Positions 39,601-49,170 of a DNA stretch of 64,000 nt are shown here, one piece after another (positions within the stretch are counted from its first letter, which is position 1; every line of letters begins with the position of its first letter). Below the pieces are notes generated by a model. That model saw only the letters and a list, made by a program, of their open reading frames with translations. It was not told the origin of the DNA and ran no database searches. The position numbers were made by a program, and so were the translations under genes. Origin of the DNA: Patescibacteria group bacterium (GTDB lineage: Bacteria > Patescibacteriota > Minisyncoccia > JAHIHE01 > JAGLIN01); NCBI GenBank assembly GCA_041670805.1, contig JBAXYM010000002.1, positions 1,309 through 65,308 of the forward strand. Reading direction: 5' to 3'.

Positions 39601-39679
39601 GGATCACACCAGAGATGGTGTGAACAACGCAGGCCGGAATATTCTTGTATGGCAGTTCGCATTATTTCTGATGTGATCC
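39601..39679. repeat. Family A REP doublet (diverged)
   Basis: Left arm intact, right arm degenerate. Confidence 0.88.
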
Positions 39680-39952
39680 GAATGCAAAGCTGGATTTCTG
39701 ATTTCTAATTAATACGAATTTTGGTGTTTGCTATAAAAACATATATTGCGTATGAGTCCAAAGAATATCGAACGCGATCAACTTTAAAAACATATTACCA
39801 AAATAAATTCCGCGCCGCGAAAATGTTTGGTTCTCTCATTTTTGGCTAAAACTTGCCATTTCTTGCCATTATGATAAACTCTAATCAAGAGAAAATACGA
39901 TTTTTTAGATATCTAAAATCATAAATTTTAAAAGGAAAGGAGGTGTTTTAAA

Positions 39953-40618
39953 GTGCCCGAAGAAGAAATCGAGTTATCAGCCTCCGAAGAAAAAGGATGG
40001 CTGGGAAAAATCAAGGACAGTGTTTATCAAAATTGGCAAACCATACTGGTCGCCCTTATCGTCCTGATAGTGGGAATCAGCGCCTACAACTACAACGAAA
40101 AGACAGGAGCCAATCCTGCCGGAAATGTAAATCAAGAGCAGCAAGGAGCAAAGACCGACGCAGCCGCGACGACGGAGAACAAAGAGGAAACCGCCGAAGC
40201 AAAAGATCAGGCAGCGGCCGCAACCGATAATACGGAGCAACAGACTCAAGAGACGGCTACTCAGACCGACAGCAATGTTGCGCAGCAAACTCAAGAAACA
40301 AAAATCGAAGAAACAAAGACAAATACAGTGGAAAGCAACGGCGAGGGTTATAAAGTCGTGGCAGAAAAAGGAGATGGCATCACGCATCTGGCGAGAAAGG
40401 CCCTCGCACAATATCTGTCAGAAAATAACGACAGCGAAATAACCGCTCTTCACAAGATATACATTGAAGACTATTTGCAAAATGGGATAGGAAATCAAGT
40501 AATTGAAATAGGTCATGCTGAAACCATTTCAAAAGCTTCTATTCAAGAAGCGGTTGCCGCTTCGAAAAAGCTTTCTCAAAACTCGCTGGACAATCTAAAA
40601 AAATACTCAGCAGAGTAA
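39953..40618 (+). CDS. Hypothetical membrane-anchored protein
   Basis: AAGGAGGTG SD with GTG start; single TM; Q/T/E-rich linker; GDGITHLARKA..IYIEDY domain. Confidence 0.8.
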   Translation: MPEEEIELSASEEKGWLGKIKDSVYQNWQTILVALIVLIVGISAYNYNEKTGANPAGNVNQEQQGAKTDAAATTENKEETAEAKDQAAAATDNTEQQTQETATQTDSNVAQQTQETKIEETKTNTVESNGEGYKVVAEKGDGITHLARKALAQYLSENNDSEITALHKIYIEDYLQNGIGNQVIEIGHAETISKASIQEAVAASKKLSQNSLDNLKKYSAE

Positions 40619-40748
40619 AAATATACGCTCCGGAATAAAACGCATTTAGATATCAAAACGCATTAACAAAACCCCGATAGATTCGGAGTTTTGTTTTGTA
40701 TTCAACTGTGCGGAGTAGCAAATTGTTTTTTTTGCATTTTGGATTCTC

Positions 40749-40826
40749 GGATCACACCAGAGATGGTGTGAATGCCACATAAAAACGTTCTATCCTGCAT
40801 GGTTCACACCATTTCTGGTGTGATCC
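40749..40826. repeat. Family A REP doublet
   Basis: Both arms present. Confidence 0.95.
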
Positions 40827-40892
40827 ATACTGCAAAATACAACATATAAAAAATAAAATACGACAAATTTTTTGATAAACCAAAAGAAAAAC

Positions 40893-41145
40893 GGAGTAGC
40901 AGGTGGAGTAGCATGGCTTCAGCCTGCGCCGCTGTCCAATGCAAAAAAGAACAAACGCATATACGTTCGTTCCATCAGCTTGGAACAACCGCGCAGGCTA
41001 AAGCCATGCTACTCCGAGAATTATTCCGTTTTAACATAAACAAAAGACGCGATAAATCGCGTCTCTACAAAGATACGGAAGGTTATTCCCGCATTGGACA
41101 GCAGCGCAGGCTGAAGCCTGCTACTCCGTTTGTCATGCTACTCCA
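40893..41145. repeat. Family D doublet (40905-41015), single GTAG REP (41045-41068), D half copy (~41088-41145)
   Basis: D arms; the minus strand reads GTAGAGACGCGATTTATCGCGTCT at 41045-41068. Confidence 0.88.
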
Positions 41146-41165
41146 CACCCGACTCTCTGTTTTTA

Positions 41166-42533
41166 TCACCCGTTCAATTCTTTCTCATACAAATCCGCAT
41201 AATACATTACCTTGTCCGGATAGAACTTAAATCTCTGCCAGTTGTTGCCTGCAAGATATCTTCCCGCCGCCTCGTACTCGGCGTTATAATTGGCGGAAGA
41301 AACGCCGTTTACCTGCGAGAGTTTGATTGCCATCGCCGCAATCGCATCGGTCAGATTCCAAGGATCAGCCGGAGTGTGTCCGGTCAGCGCCGAAACCTGC
41401 CCGCGGTAAGATATCCAAGTGGTTGGCATCATCTGAGCCGGACCCATCGCCCCTCCCCAGCCGGAATAATTTTTGGGCTTCTTGCTTACCGGCATGGCGT
41501 TGGGATCGTATCCCAACTCCTGCGCGATTGCCTCAAAGATCGGTCGCTGACCGGGATTCATATCCACGGAATAAGTTCCTCCGCCTATATTAGTCCCCAA
41601 TCCGGATTCCACCCGAAGAACACCAAGCAGAAAGGCCGGTCGCACCCCCGTTGCCTCGCCCACATATTTGGCGGCTGAAATCGCATCGTCAAATTGGATA
41701 TTTTGCCCCAAACTCTGCAAGTCCCGCAGCTCCGCCCGAAGAGACGGCAACAAGCTGCGATTTGCGGCGACCAGCGCCCGATATTTTTCTTCTTCGCCGT
41801 TGGTAGCTTCCAAAATCTCGTTTTTCTGCGCTTTCAAATTTTCCAGCGCCGCGTTCTGTTCGTAGCGCATACTTATCAGTCCCTCATAGGTCTGCTGTGT
41901 TTCCTCCAGCTCTTTAGTGCGCTTGTCCAGTACTTCCCTCTCCTGCTTGAGCGCAACAACCGCGCTTAAGACTTTGTCCTGCGCCGCTTCCAGCGCGTTA
42001 ATCTCATTAAAAAAGTCCGAGATGTTTTCCCTGGTTACCAAGATTTCCAGAAAAGAATCGTCCTGATGAGTGTAGAGTTCCTGCAAAAAACTCTTGAGAG
42101 CTTCCCTGTTCTTTTCAATCTTTACCCTGTCTTCCTCAATTTGGTTCTGGGATCCCTCCATTTCTATCTCCGCCTTTTCGATGTTGAGCTTGGTTTCCCG
42201 AATCTCCAGCTGATTTTGCGATATGTTGTCGTCAAAAATCTCAATCTCGTTTTCCAGCGTATTTCCCTCCATACGTTTCGCCTTGCTATCCGCCTGATAT
42301 TTGGCGATATCGTCCTGTATCTTTTTTATTTCCTCAAGCTTTCGATTGACAAGCTCCTGATTTGGAGCCGCCGCGGTCGTCGACGAAGCTGCAATCGATG
42401 CGCCGCCCTCCTCGGCAAAAGATACTACCTTCAGAAAAGGCAACAGAAAAAAACCGAGCAACAGAAAACCGCACAGCCACCCGGCTCTGCGGTTTCTTTT
42501 GTGCACGAAAGATTTTTTATGAACAGAATCCAT
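41166..42533 (-). CDS. Coiled-coil lytic murein transglycosylase
   Basis: TM/signal, long coiled coil, VES catalytic Glu, GAMGPAQMMPTTW, DPWNLTDA. Confidence 0.85.
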   Translation of the reverse strand: MDSVHKKSFVHKRNRRAGWLCGFLLLGFFLLPFLKVVSFAEEGGASIAASSTTAAAPNQELVNRKLEEIKKIQDDIAKYQADSKAKRMEGNTLENEIEIFDDNISQNQLEIRETKLNIEKAEIEMEGSQNQIEEDRVKIEKNREALKSFLQELYTHQDDSFLEILVTRENISDFFNEINALEAAQDKVLSAVVALKQEREVLDKRTKELEETQQTYEGLISMRYEQNAALENLKAQKNEILEATNGEEEKYRALVAANRSLLPSLRAELRDLQSLGQNIQFDDAISAAKYVGEATGVRPAFLLGVLRVESGLGTNIGGGTYSVDMNPGQRPIFEAIAQELGYDPNAMPVSKKPKNYSGWGGAMGPAQMMPTTWISYRGQVSALTGHTPADPWNLTDAIAAMAIKLSQVNGVSSANYNAEYEAAGRYLAGNNWQRFKFYPDKVMYYADLYEKELNG

Positions 42534-42566
42534 ATTTGTTTTCTCTCCTAAAAATTATTCTGATTT

Positions 42567-43241
42567 TTATTTTTTCTCCGCTTTCTTGTCCGCAACCGGA
42601 GCTTCTTTTTCTTCCTTTACGGCGCCTTCCACTTTACCGACGTTCTCTTCCGGCTTTTCTTCCAGATCCTCCATCTCCGCGTCACTGCGTTGAGGAACGA
42701 CACTTACGATCACGTTTTCCTCTTCATCAAGAACCTCGATGGTTCCCGGCAGCGCCAAATCTTTTACCCTGATCATATCGTCAAGCTTCTCAAGCTTGCC
42801 CAAATCGATTTCAACTTCCTGAATAAGATCTTTCGGCAGACATTTGATTTCCAGCACATCCATACCTTTTACCAGCACTCCGCCTTCGTTCTTCACCGCC
42901 GGTGATTCACCGATGAAAGTGATGTCCACATTTACGATCAATTTCTCGCTCATCTTAATCTTGTGAAGATCGAAATGGGTGATTGAGCCGTTAATTGGAT
43001 CTACCTGATAGTCCTTGATGACTACATTTCCGATTTCCTTGTCGCCTATCTTCAAGTCAATCAAAGTGCTTTCTCCCGCCTCGTCCAAAGTATTTAAGAA
43101 TTCTTTCCTGCCTACTTTTACCGAGACGCTCTCGAAACCGTGTCCATAAACCACGCCGGGAATAAAACCTTCCGCCAAAATATTCTTTGCTCTTGTTTCT
43201 TCCGCATTTCTACTTTCCGCGGAGATTACTATCTTGTTCAT
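42567..43241 (-). CDS. rplY: 50S ribosomal protein L25/Ctc
   Basis: IPGVVYGHG, QVDPI...HFD, GESPAVK, CLPKDL. Confidence 0.93.
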   Translation of the reverse strand: MNKIVISAESRNAEETRAKNILAEGFIPGVVYGHGFESVSVKVGRKEFLNTLDEAGESTLIDLKIGDKEIGNVVIKDYQVDPINGSITHFDLHKIKMSEKLIVNVDITFIGESPAVKNEGGVLVKGMDVLEIKCLPKDLIQEVEIDLGKLEKLDDMIRVKDLALPGTIEVLDEEENVIVSVVPQRSDAEMEDLEEKPEENVGKVEGAVKEEKEAPVADKKAEKK

Positions 43242-43257
43242 AATTATATATTATTTC

Positions 43258-43641
43258 TTAATTATCTTTCAAAAATTTGTACATTTCCAACACGTCGTCG
43301 CAACTGATGATGTTATTGCCGTTTATCTTTCCAAGGTCTTCCTCGGTGATATCCGTAGGAATGCTGATGGAGGTCACGCCCATCGGTCCTGCCATAAGGA
43401 GCATAACTACCGAGCTTTTGCAGCGACTGCAGCTTAAATATATGGACAAAGACCCGTCATTTTTGTTTATGACTTTTATGTCGTCTTTTTTGTAATTTGC
43501 GCTGCACATCGGGCATTTGGTCATTATTTGCAAATTGGGAACGGGATTGGACTTGGATTTTGACATGGCTGTAGAGTTAGGTAAATCAATGTTCTTTTTC
43601 GTTTCCGGCTTGAAAAAGCCATTTTTTGTGTCAGAACACAC
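43258..43641 (-). CDS. Hypothetical Zn-ribbon protein (start uncertain)
   Basis: CPMC...CSRC, C-terminal DDVLEM. Confidence 0.7.
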   Translation of the reverse strand: MCSDTKNGFFKPETKKNIDLPNSTAMSKSKSNPVPNLQIMTKCPMCSANYKKDDIKVINKNDGSLSIYLSCSRCKSSVVMLLMAGPMGVTSISIPTDITEEDLGKINGNNIISCDDVLEMYKFLKDN

Positions 43642-43656
43642 AATGACATAATTTAT

Positions 43657-43683
43657 ATTATAGCATCAGGAGCTCCCTGTCAA
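43657..43683 (-). promoter_or_regulatory. Sigma70-type promoter
   Basis: TTGACA-N15-TATAAT with an extended -10 TG. Confidence 0.55.
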
Positions 43684-43729
43684 GCAAGAAAATCCGATCG
43701 GGAAACGGGGAAAAACAGAGAGTTGACGC

Positions 43730-43833
43730 GGAGTAGCAGGCTTTAGCCTGCACGATTGTCCAATGCGGAAAACAAACGTATGCGAAAGTTTTTGCGGCTT
43801 GGGACAGCGGCGCAGGCTAAAGCCTGCTACTCC
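43730..43833. repeat. Family D doublet
   Basis: GGAGTAGCAGGCTTTAGCCTGC...GCAGGCTAAAGCCTGCTACTCC. Confidence 0.93.
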
Positions 43834-44002
43834 AACCTGCCACTCCGCCATGCCACCTCGACCTGCTGCTTTTATCCTGCGAAATAATATGTATTGACTG
43901 TTTTTATTAGCCATAGTACAATGAAGACTTGCGAATGAGGAGACGGACATTTTAAAATATTTTTATTTTGTCCGCTATGCAAAAGTAGAAATAAAAACAG
44001 AA

Positions 44003-45361
44003 TTACAAAACCGGGAGGGAACGCCCCGTGTTTTTGTTTTGGAGACTTTGCGCATTTAATACCGACGCTCCCTGCTCGCGCAAAAGCCCTCGCGCTATTT
44101 CCCGATCATCCCACGGGATTTTTTTGTCGCCAAAAATCATAAACTGCTCGCACCCTTTGCCGGTAATAACCACCAGGTCGTCCGGTCGCGCCGAATCGAA
44201 AGCTTTGCGCATCGCTTCCTTGCGGTCGCTGATGCGAAAAAGATTTTTATCAAGCGTCTTGTTTTTGATGCCGGACATTACCTGGTCGATGATATCTTCC
44301 ACGTCCTCGCTGTAAGGAACCTCATTGGTCACAATCACAATATCGGCAAATTCCGCCGCCAGCTCTCCGCCGCGCGCGCGATAAGTTTTGTCCCTGTCAC
44401 CGGTGCCGCCCAGTACCGCAATTATCCTGCCTTTGACGCGGGGTCGAAGTACGCCATAAACTTTTTGCAGAGACTCGGGAGAATGGGCATAGTCCACGAC
44501 CACCTCAAAATTTTGCCCTTCGTCTATCTTCTCCAGCCGACCGGGAATATTTCCCACGACTGCCAGATTTTTCACAATGTCCGCCATGGCAACGCCCTCG
44601 ACCCGACACGCCAGAATCGCCCCCAAAGCATTGTAAACGTTGAACTCGCCTATCAGCGGCAAGGCAATCGCACATTTCTCTCCGCCAAACAAGAAGTCAA
44701 AAGACGATCCGAATTCCTCGATTTTAACATTTTCCGCGCGCGCCAAGTTTATGCCGCCGGGTTGCGAAATATTCCAGAGAGTAAAAGCAATCTTCTCAAA
44801 AGCGCCCGGCAAGGTCAGCATCTCGTGCGTATTGGGTTCGTCATAATTGACGATAACGCTCTTTGTCTTTTTTCCCACCAGACCGTAATGGGAACTTTTG
44901 TAATTCTCAAAAGTCTTGTGATAGTCCAGGTGGTCGCTAGTAAGATTGGTAATGACAACCGTCTGAAAATCAATTCCCCAATAACGCGACTGAACCATTC
45001 CGTGCGATGACGCTTCCAAAATCGCATACTCGCAATCCGCCTCCACGGCCTTTTTGAGAAAACTCTGCACGTATGCCGGCGAGGGCGTTGTCAGTTTGAC
45101 ATTATTGAGCCATTTCTTTTCGCCGATTTGAAAATTGGCGGTGGAAAGCATCGCAACCTTGTGGCCGCTGCCCTCGAGAATGCGCGCAATCATATTGGTC
45201 GTGGTGGTTTTGCCCTTGGTGCCGGCAACGGCGATTATTTTCAGCTTCCGCGCCGGAAAACCGTATCTGCAGTTCGCGTAGACAACCCGGACTTTGTGAA
45301 TGAAAAGGATCAAAGAGTAAGGCACGATTTTCCTAAAAATATTTTTGATTTCGTACAGCAT
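44003..45361 (-). CDS. murE: UDP-MurNAc-tripeptide synthetase
   Basis: GTKGKTTT, LTTP, EASSH, DHLDYH, VDYAH, GDRD, GKGCE; likely start MLYEIK. Confidence 0.92.
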   Translation of the reverse strand: MLYEIKNIFRKIVPYSLILFIHKVRVVYANCRYGFPARKLKIIAVAGTKGKTTTTNMIARILEGSGHKVAMLSTANFQIGEKKWLNNVKLTTPSPAYVQSFLKKAVEADCEYAILEASSHGMVQSRYWGIDFQTVVITNLTSDHLDYHKTFENYKSSHYGLVGKKTKSVIVNYDEPNTHEMLTLPGAFEKIAFTLWNISQPGGINLARAENVKIEEFGSSFDFLFGGEKCAIALPLIGEFNVYNALGAILACRVEGVAMADIVKNLAVVGNIPGRLEKIDEGQNFEVVVDYAHSPESLQKVYGVLRPRVKGRIIAVLGGTGDRDKTYRARGGELAAEFADIVIVTNEVPYSEDVEDIIDQVMSGIKNKTLDKNLFRISDRKEAMRKAFDSARPDDLVVITGKGCEQFMIFGDKKIPWDDREIARGLLREQGASVLNAQSLQNKNTGRSLPVL

Positions 45362-45365
45362 AATT

Positions 45366-48053
45366 TTATTCTTTCCGCTTATCTTTTTTAATAAATGCAT
45401 ATTTGATGACTTCTATCATAACCACCGTCAAGAGACCCGCAGCGGCAACGACCCCCCAGTCGCCAAGGCTCAGCGCCTTCGTTTTCAAAATATTCTGAAA
45501 GAACGGAACATAAATCGCAATCAGCTGGAAAGCCAAAGCCAGAACGAGCGCCGCGATGAGATACGGATTGGAAAACGGATTTTGCCTGAATACCGAGCGG
45601 CGCAACGAACGAAGACTGAACACGTAAATCAGGGAGTCGACAGCCAAGAGGGAGAACACGACAGAGCCTGCCCTGCGCAAATCGCCGGTTGCGGCGTTAA
45701 TGTATTCGAAAATCGGGAGCGCGACGATTCCAGACGCTATGCTGATTGCGGCTACAAGCGTTTTCATTTCCGCATTAAGCAGCGGCTCGTTCTTCTTCCG
45801 AGGTTTTTGCCGCATTACACCCTCCTCCTCAGGCTCCTGTGTCAAAGCGATATTCGGCAAGCCGTCGGTAACCAAATTTATCCACAATATCTGAGCCGCG
45901 GTGAGCGGCATCGGCAACCCTGCCAAGAGGCTGCCTCCCACAATTACGACTTCGCTGAAACTATCCGAAATGAGATACAAAATAACTTTCCTGATGTTGT
46001 CGAAAATGGATCTCCCCTGCCGAATTGCCATTATGACAGTCTTGAAATTATCGTCAAGCAGCACGAGGTTGGCGGTCTCTTTGGCGACTTCAGTGCCGCT
46101 GCCAAGCGCGATGCCAATGTCGGCCTTTTTAAGAGCCGGCGCGTCATTCACTCCGTCTCCCGTCATTGCCACCACCTCGCCGCGTGCTTGCCAGGCCTCC
46201 ACGATGCGCAGTTTGTGCCGCGGGGAAACGCGGGCGTAGACTTTTATCTTCGACACTATATTATTGAAATCCCCGGTGCTCATTCGATCCAGCTCGACCC
46301 CTTCGAGAATATTTTCTTTCTCCACTCGCATTCCCAGTTCGTTGGCAATCGCTTTTGCCGTCAGAGAATTGTCCCCCGTAATCATTATCGTCCGGATGCC
46401 GGCCTCTTTGGCCGTATCCAGCATATTTTTGGCTTCCTCCCGAAGAGGATCTTTGAGAGCGATCAGACCCACCAGAACCAGATTATTTACAACGTCTTCC
46501 TCGTTGCTCTCCTTGAAAAGCGGAATTATCCGCTTGTCCGTTTTCTTAAATGCCACGCCCAGCACTCTCAGACCTTCCCGGCTCATATCCTCCTGCTTCT
46601 GCCGCATACGGCGCAGGTCGTCCTCGTTCATCTCCCTTGCTTTCCCTCTGACAAAAATATGCCGAGAGCGATTGATGATTTCTTCCGCGGCGCCTTTGAC
46701 ATAAATGACATATTCTTCGCCTTCTTTGTTGAGCGTCGCCATCAATTTCCGATCCGAGCTGAAAGGAATCTCATTGATCCGCGCCGATTCTTTATTGAGA
46801 CTTTCCGGATCAAACCCCGCACAAAGCCCCGCCCACAGAAAAGCTTTCTCCGTATATTCTCCGTGAATAATCCAATCCTCCAATTTCGCCGCAGGATTTT
46901 CCACCACCGCGTCATTGCAAATCATACCGATTTTGAGCGCAGTTACACGCTCCCTCTCCTCCTCGCTTTCTTCCCGTTTGTTATTCCGGCAATTGTTATT
47001 TATCGTAAAGAAAGAATCCAGCGTGACGATATGGTCAACCTGCATCGTGCCTTTGGTCAAAGTCCCCGTTTTGTCGGTGCAGATAATGCTCACGCTCCCC
47101 AGAGTTTCCGCCGCCACCAGCTTGCGCACCAGCGAGCCGCTTTTGAGTATTCGCTGCATCCCCACTGCCAGAATAATAGTCACCGCTACCAGCACCCCTT
47201 CCGGAATGGCAGCGACCGCCATAGCCACGGCAGTCGTGAAAATGTCCAGAAACGGAACGGAACGGTACAGCCCTATCGCCATCACGATAACCAAAATCAT
47301 AAAAGTAATTTTGCCGAAAGACCGGCTGAATTTTGTAAGCTCAATCTGCAAAGGAGTATCGGCATCCTCGGTCCTGTCCAAAAGATCGGCTATCTGTCCG
47401 AATTTGGTATCAAGAGCAATACCGGTGATAACCGCCAGCCCGCGCCCTTTCACAACGGACGACCCCATATATACCATATTTTTCTTGCTCTCCCCCTCGC
47501 CTTCCTGATCAAGCCCTTTCACAATCTTCTTGACCGGCACCGACTCTCCCGTCAAAACCGCCTCGTCTATTTCCATCTCATAATTTTCCAGCAACCGCCC
47601 ATCGGCCGGCACCCGCCCGCCGGACTTGAGTACGACGATATCCCCCAAAGTGACATCCGCCGTGTCAATTTCTTTTTCAATGCCATCGCGAATGACATAA
47701 GTCTTGTGCGCCACGACGCCGCTGAGTGCCGCAAGCGCCGTTTCCGCTTTGACCTCTTGGATAAATCCCACAACCGTGTTCAGAAAAACCGCAAACAGTA
47801 TTACGCAGACATCGATATAATCGCCGAGCAGGAAAGAAACCAATGCCGCCGCAAACAGCACATACACCATCGGGCTTTTGAACTGCGACAGCGCTATGCC
47901 CCAATAAGTAAACCTTTTCTTCTCGGGCAGCTTGTTTCGCCCGTATTTGACAATCCTCTTCTGCGCCTCTTTTTCCGAAAGCCCGGTTTTGGAAGTCTTA
48001 AGGGTCTTAAGAGTCTCCTGCACGCCCAGACCATGCCAATTCTTACTTTGCAT
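45366..48053 (-). CDS. P2A-type (Ca2+-like) P-type ATPase
   Basis: TGES, IPEG, DKTGT, KGA, TGDGVND, ILWINLVTDG. Confidence 0.93.
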   Translation of the reverse strand: MQSKNWHGLGVQETLKTLKTSKTGLSEKEAQKRIVKYGRNKLPEKKRFTYWGIALSQFKSPMVYVLFAAALVSFLLGDYIDVCVILFAVFLNTVVGFIQEVKAETALAALSGVVAHKTYVIRDGIEKEIDTADVTLGDIVVLKSGGRVPADGRLLENYEMEIDEAVLTGESVPVKKIVKGLDQEGEGESKKNMVYMGSSVVKGRGLAVITGIALDTKFGQIADLLDRTEDADTPLQIELTKFSRSFGKITFMILVIVMAIGLYRSVPFLDIFTTAVAMAVAAIPEGVLVAVTIILAVGMQRILKSGSLVRKLVAAETLGSVSIICTDKTGTLTKGTMQVDHIVTLDSFFTINNNCRNNKREESEEERERVTALKIGMICNDAVVENPAAKLEDWIIHGEYTEKAFLWAGLCAGFDPESLNKESARINEIPFSSDRKLMATLNKEGEEYVIYVKGAAEEIINRSRHIFVRGKAREMNEDDLRRMRQKQEDMSREGLRVLGVAFKKTDKRIIPLFKESNEEDVVNNLVLVGLIALKDPLREEAKNMLDTAKEAGIRTIMITGDNSLTAKAIANELGMRVEKENILEGVELDRMSTGDFNNIVSKIKVYARVSPRHKLRIVEAWQARGEVVAMTGDGVNDAPALKKADIGIALGSGTEVAKETANLVLLDDNFKTVIMAIRQGRSIFDNIRKVILYLISDSFSEVVIVGGSLLAGLPMPLTAAQILWINLVTDGLPNIALTQEPEEEGVMRQKPRKKNEPLLNAEMKTLVAAISIASGIVALPIFEYINAATGDLRRAGSVVFSLLAVDSLIYVFSLRSLRRSVFRQNPFSNPYLIAALVLALAFQLIAIYVPFFQNILKTKALSLGDWGVVAAAGLLTVVMIEVIKYAFIKKDKRKE

Positions 48054-48140
48054 TTTTATTTTTTAGCTTATGTCTATTCATTATAAGATAAAAAACGATA
48101 ATTGTGAAATGAAAAAACGCGGAGCACGCAACCCGCGCGA

Positions 48141-48283
48141 AGTAGCATGGCGGAGTGGCAGGTGGAGTAGCGGGTGGAGTAGCATGGCTTTAGCCTGCGC
48201 GGTTGTCCCAAGTCGCAAAAACTTTCATATACATTCGTTCTCTCCGTATTGGACAGCGGCGCAGGCTAAAGCCGTGCTACTCC
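48141..48283. repeat. Family D doublet (48176-48283) with upstream 12-13-mer end reiterations
   Basis: AGTAGCATGGC GGAGTGGCAGGT GGAGTAGCGGGT, then the full arm. Confidence 0.92.
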
Positions 48284-49026
48284 GCGGATGGTTTATTCAA
48301 TAAAACTTTATAAAAAATAAACAGCGGAATGCCGCAAAGCAGCACCCATTGCGTCAAGGTCAAACCGTAAAAACGCGCATCGCAAAAAGTCAAGTCGTCG
48401 CATCGCAAAAAGTCGGCGCCAAAACGAAAAATCGCATATGACGCGATAAAAGCCAAAAAAATATGTCCGTCGCGTTTCCGTTTTGATTTCAATTCGTATA
48501 TCACGCCCGATAAAAATATCAGAAACAATATTTCGTACGAAGCAACCGGATGTCGCAGCGTGCCGTCTGCAAATTCCATTCCCCACGGCAGCGTCGTGAT
48601 TTTGCCGATATGATCACCAATCAAAAAACAACCGAGGCGCACGAAAATGAGCGCGACGACAAAACCGGGGGTCAAAATATCAAACACTTTTTTAAAATCC
48701 CGCTTTTTGTTTTTCAAATAAAGCAGGCTCAAAACTCCGGTCAGCGCCACACCGCCCGCGAGCGAAAAACCGCCATGCACGCCGGTCAAAACGGCGACGC
48801 TTTTTTCCGGACTTGAAAGAAAATAAAAAATACGCCCGCCCACAATCATTCCCGCCAATGAAATAATCATCACGTCCCAGACTGTTTCATCCGCAAGGCG
48901 GGCCTTGCGCGCTTCCTTCAAAGAAATCGCAAGTGCCGCAACAAAACCGAGGGCGACAAAAAGCCCCCATACTTGCAAGGTGAGCGCGCCCAGGTTTATT
49001 TCAGTAAAAGAAAAATACGAAAGCAT
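48277..49026 (-). CDS. lgt: Prolipoprotein diacylglyceryl transferase family protein
   Basis: VWGLFVALG, GGRIFY, RLGCFL, RHP..SYE, YAIFRF..DFLR; start reassigned to MLSYFS. Confidence 0.85.
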   Translation of the reverse strand: MLSYFSFTEINLGALTLQVWGLFVALGFVAALAISLKEARKARLADETVWDVMIISLAGMIVGGRIFYFLSSPEKSVAVLTGVHGGFSLAGGVALTGVLSLLYLKNKKRDFKKVFDILTPGFVVALIFVRLGCFLIGDHIGKITTLPWGMEFADGTLRHPVASYEILFLIFLSGVIYELKSKRKRDGHIFLAFIASYAIFRFGADFLRCDDLTFCDARFYGLTLTQWVLLCGIPLFIFYKVLLNKPSAE

Positions 49027-49050
49027 TTTTATAAAAACAACGGATAACGC

Positions 49051-49170
49051 GGAGTAGCATGGCTTTAGCCTGCGCGGTTGTCCCAAGCAAAGAAAACGAT
49101 TGAATATGTTTGTTCTTCCCGCATTGGACAGCGGCGCAGGCTGAAGCCTGCTACTCCGCCATGCTACTCC
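49051..49170. repeat. Family D doublet plus one end reiteration
   Basis: Same orientation as the 48176 copy. Confidence 0.93.

Noticed and set aside
45345-48086. 913-aa plus-strand ORF
   Set aside because: Antisense shadow of the P-type ATPase with no recognisable motifs; similar shadows occur opposite many genes here.
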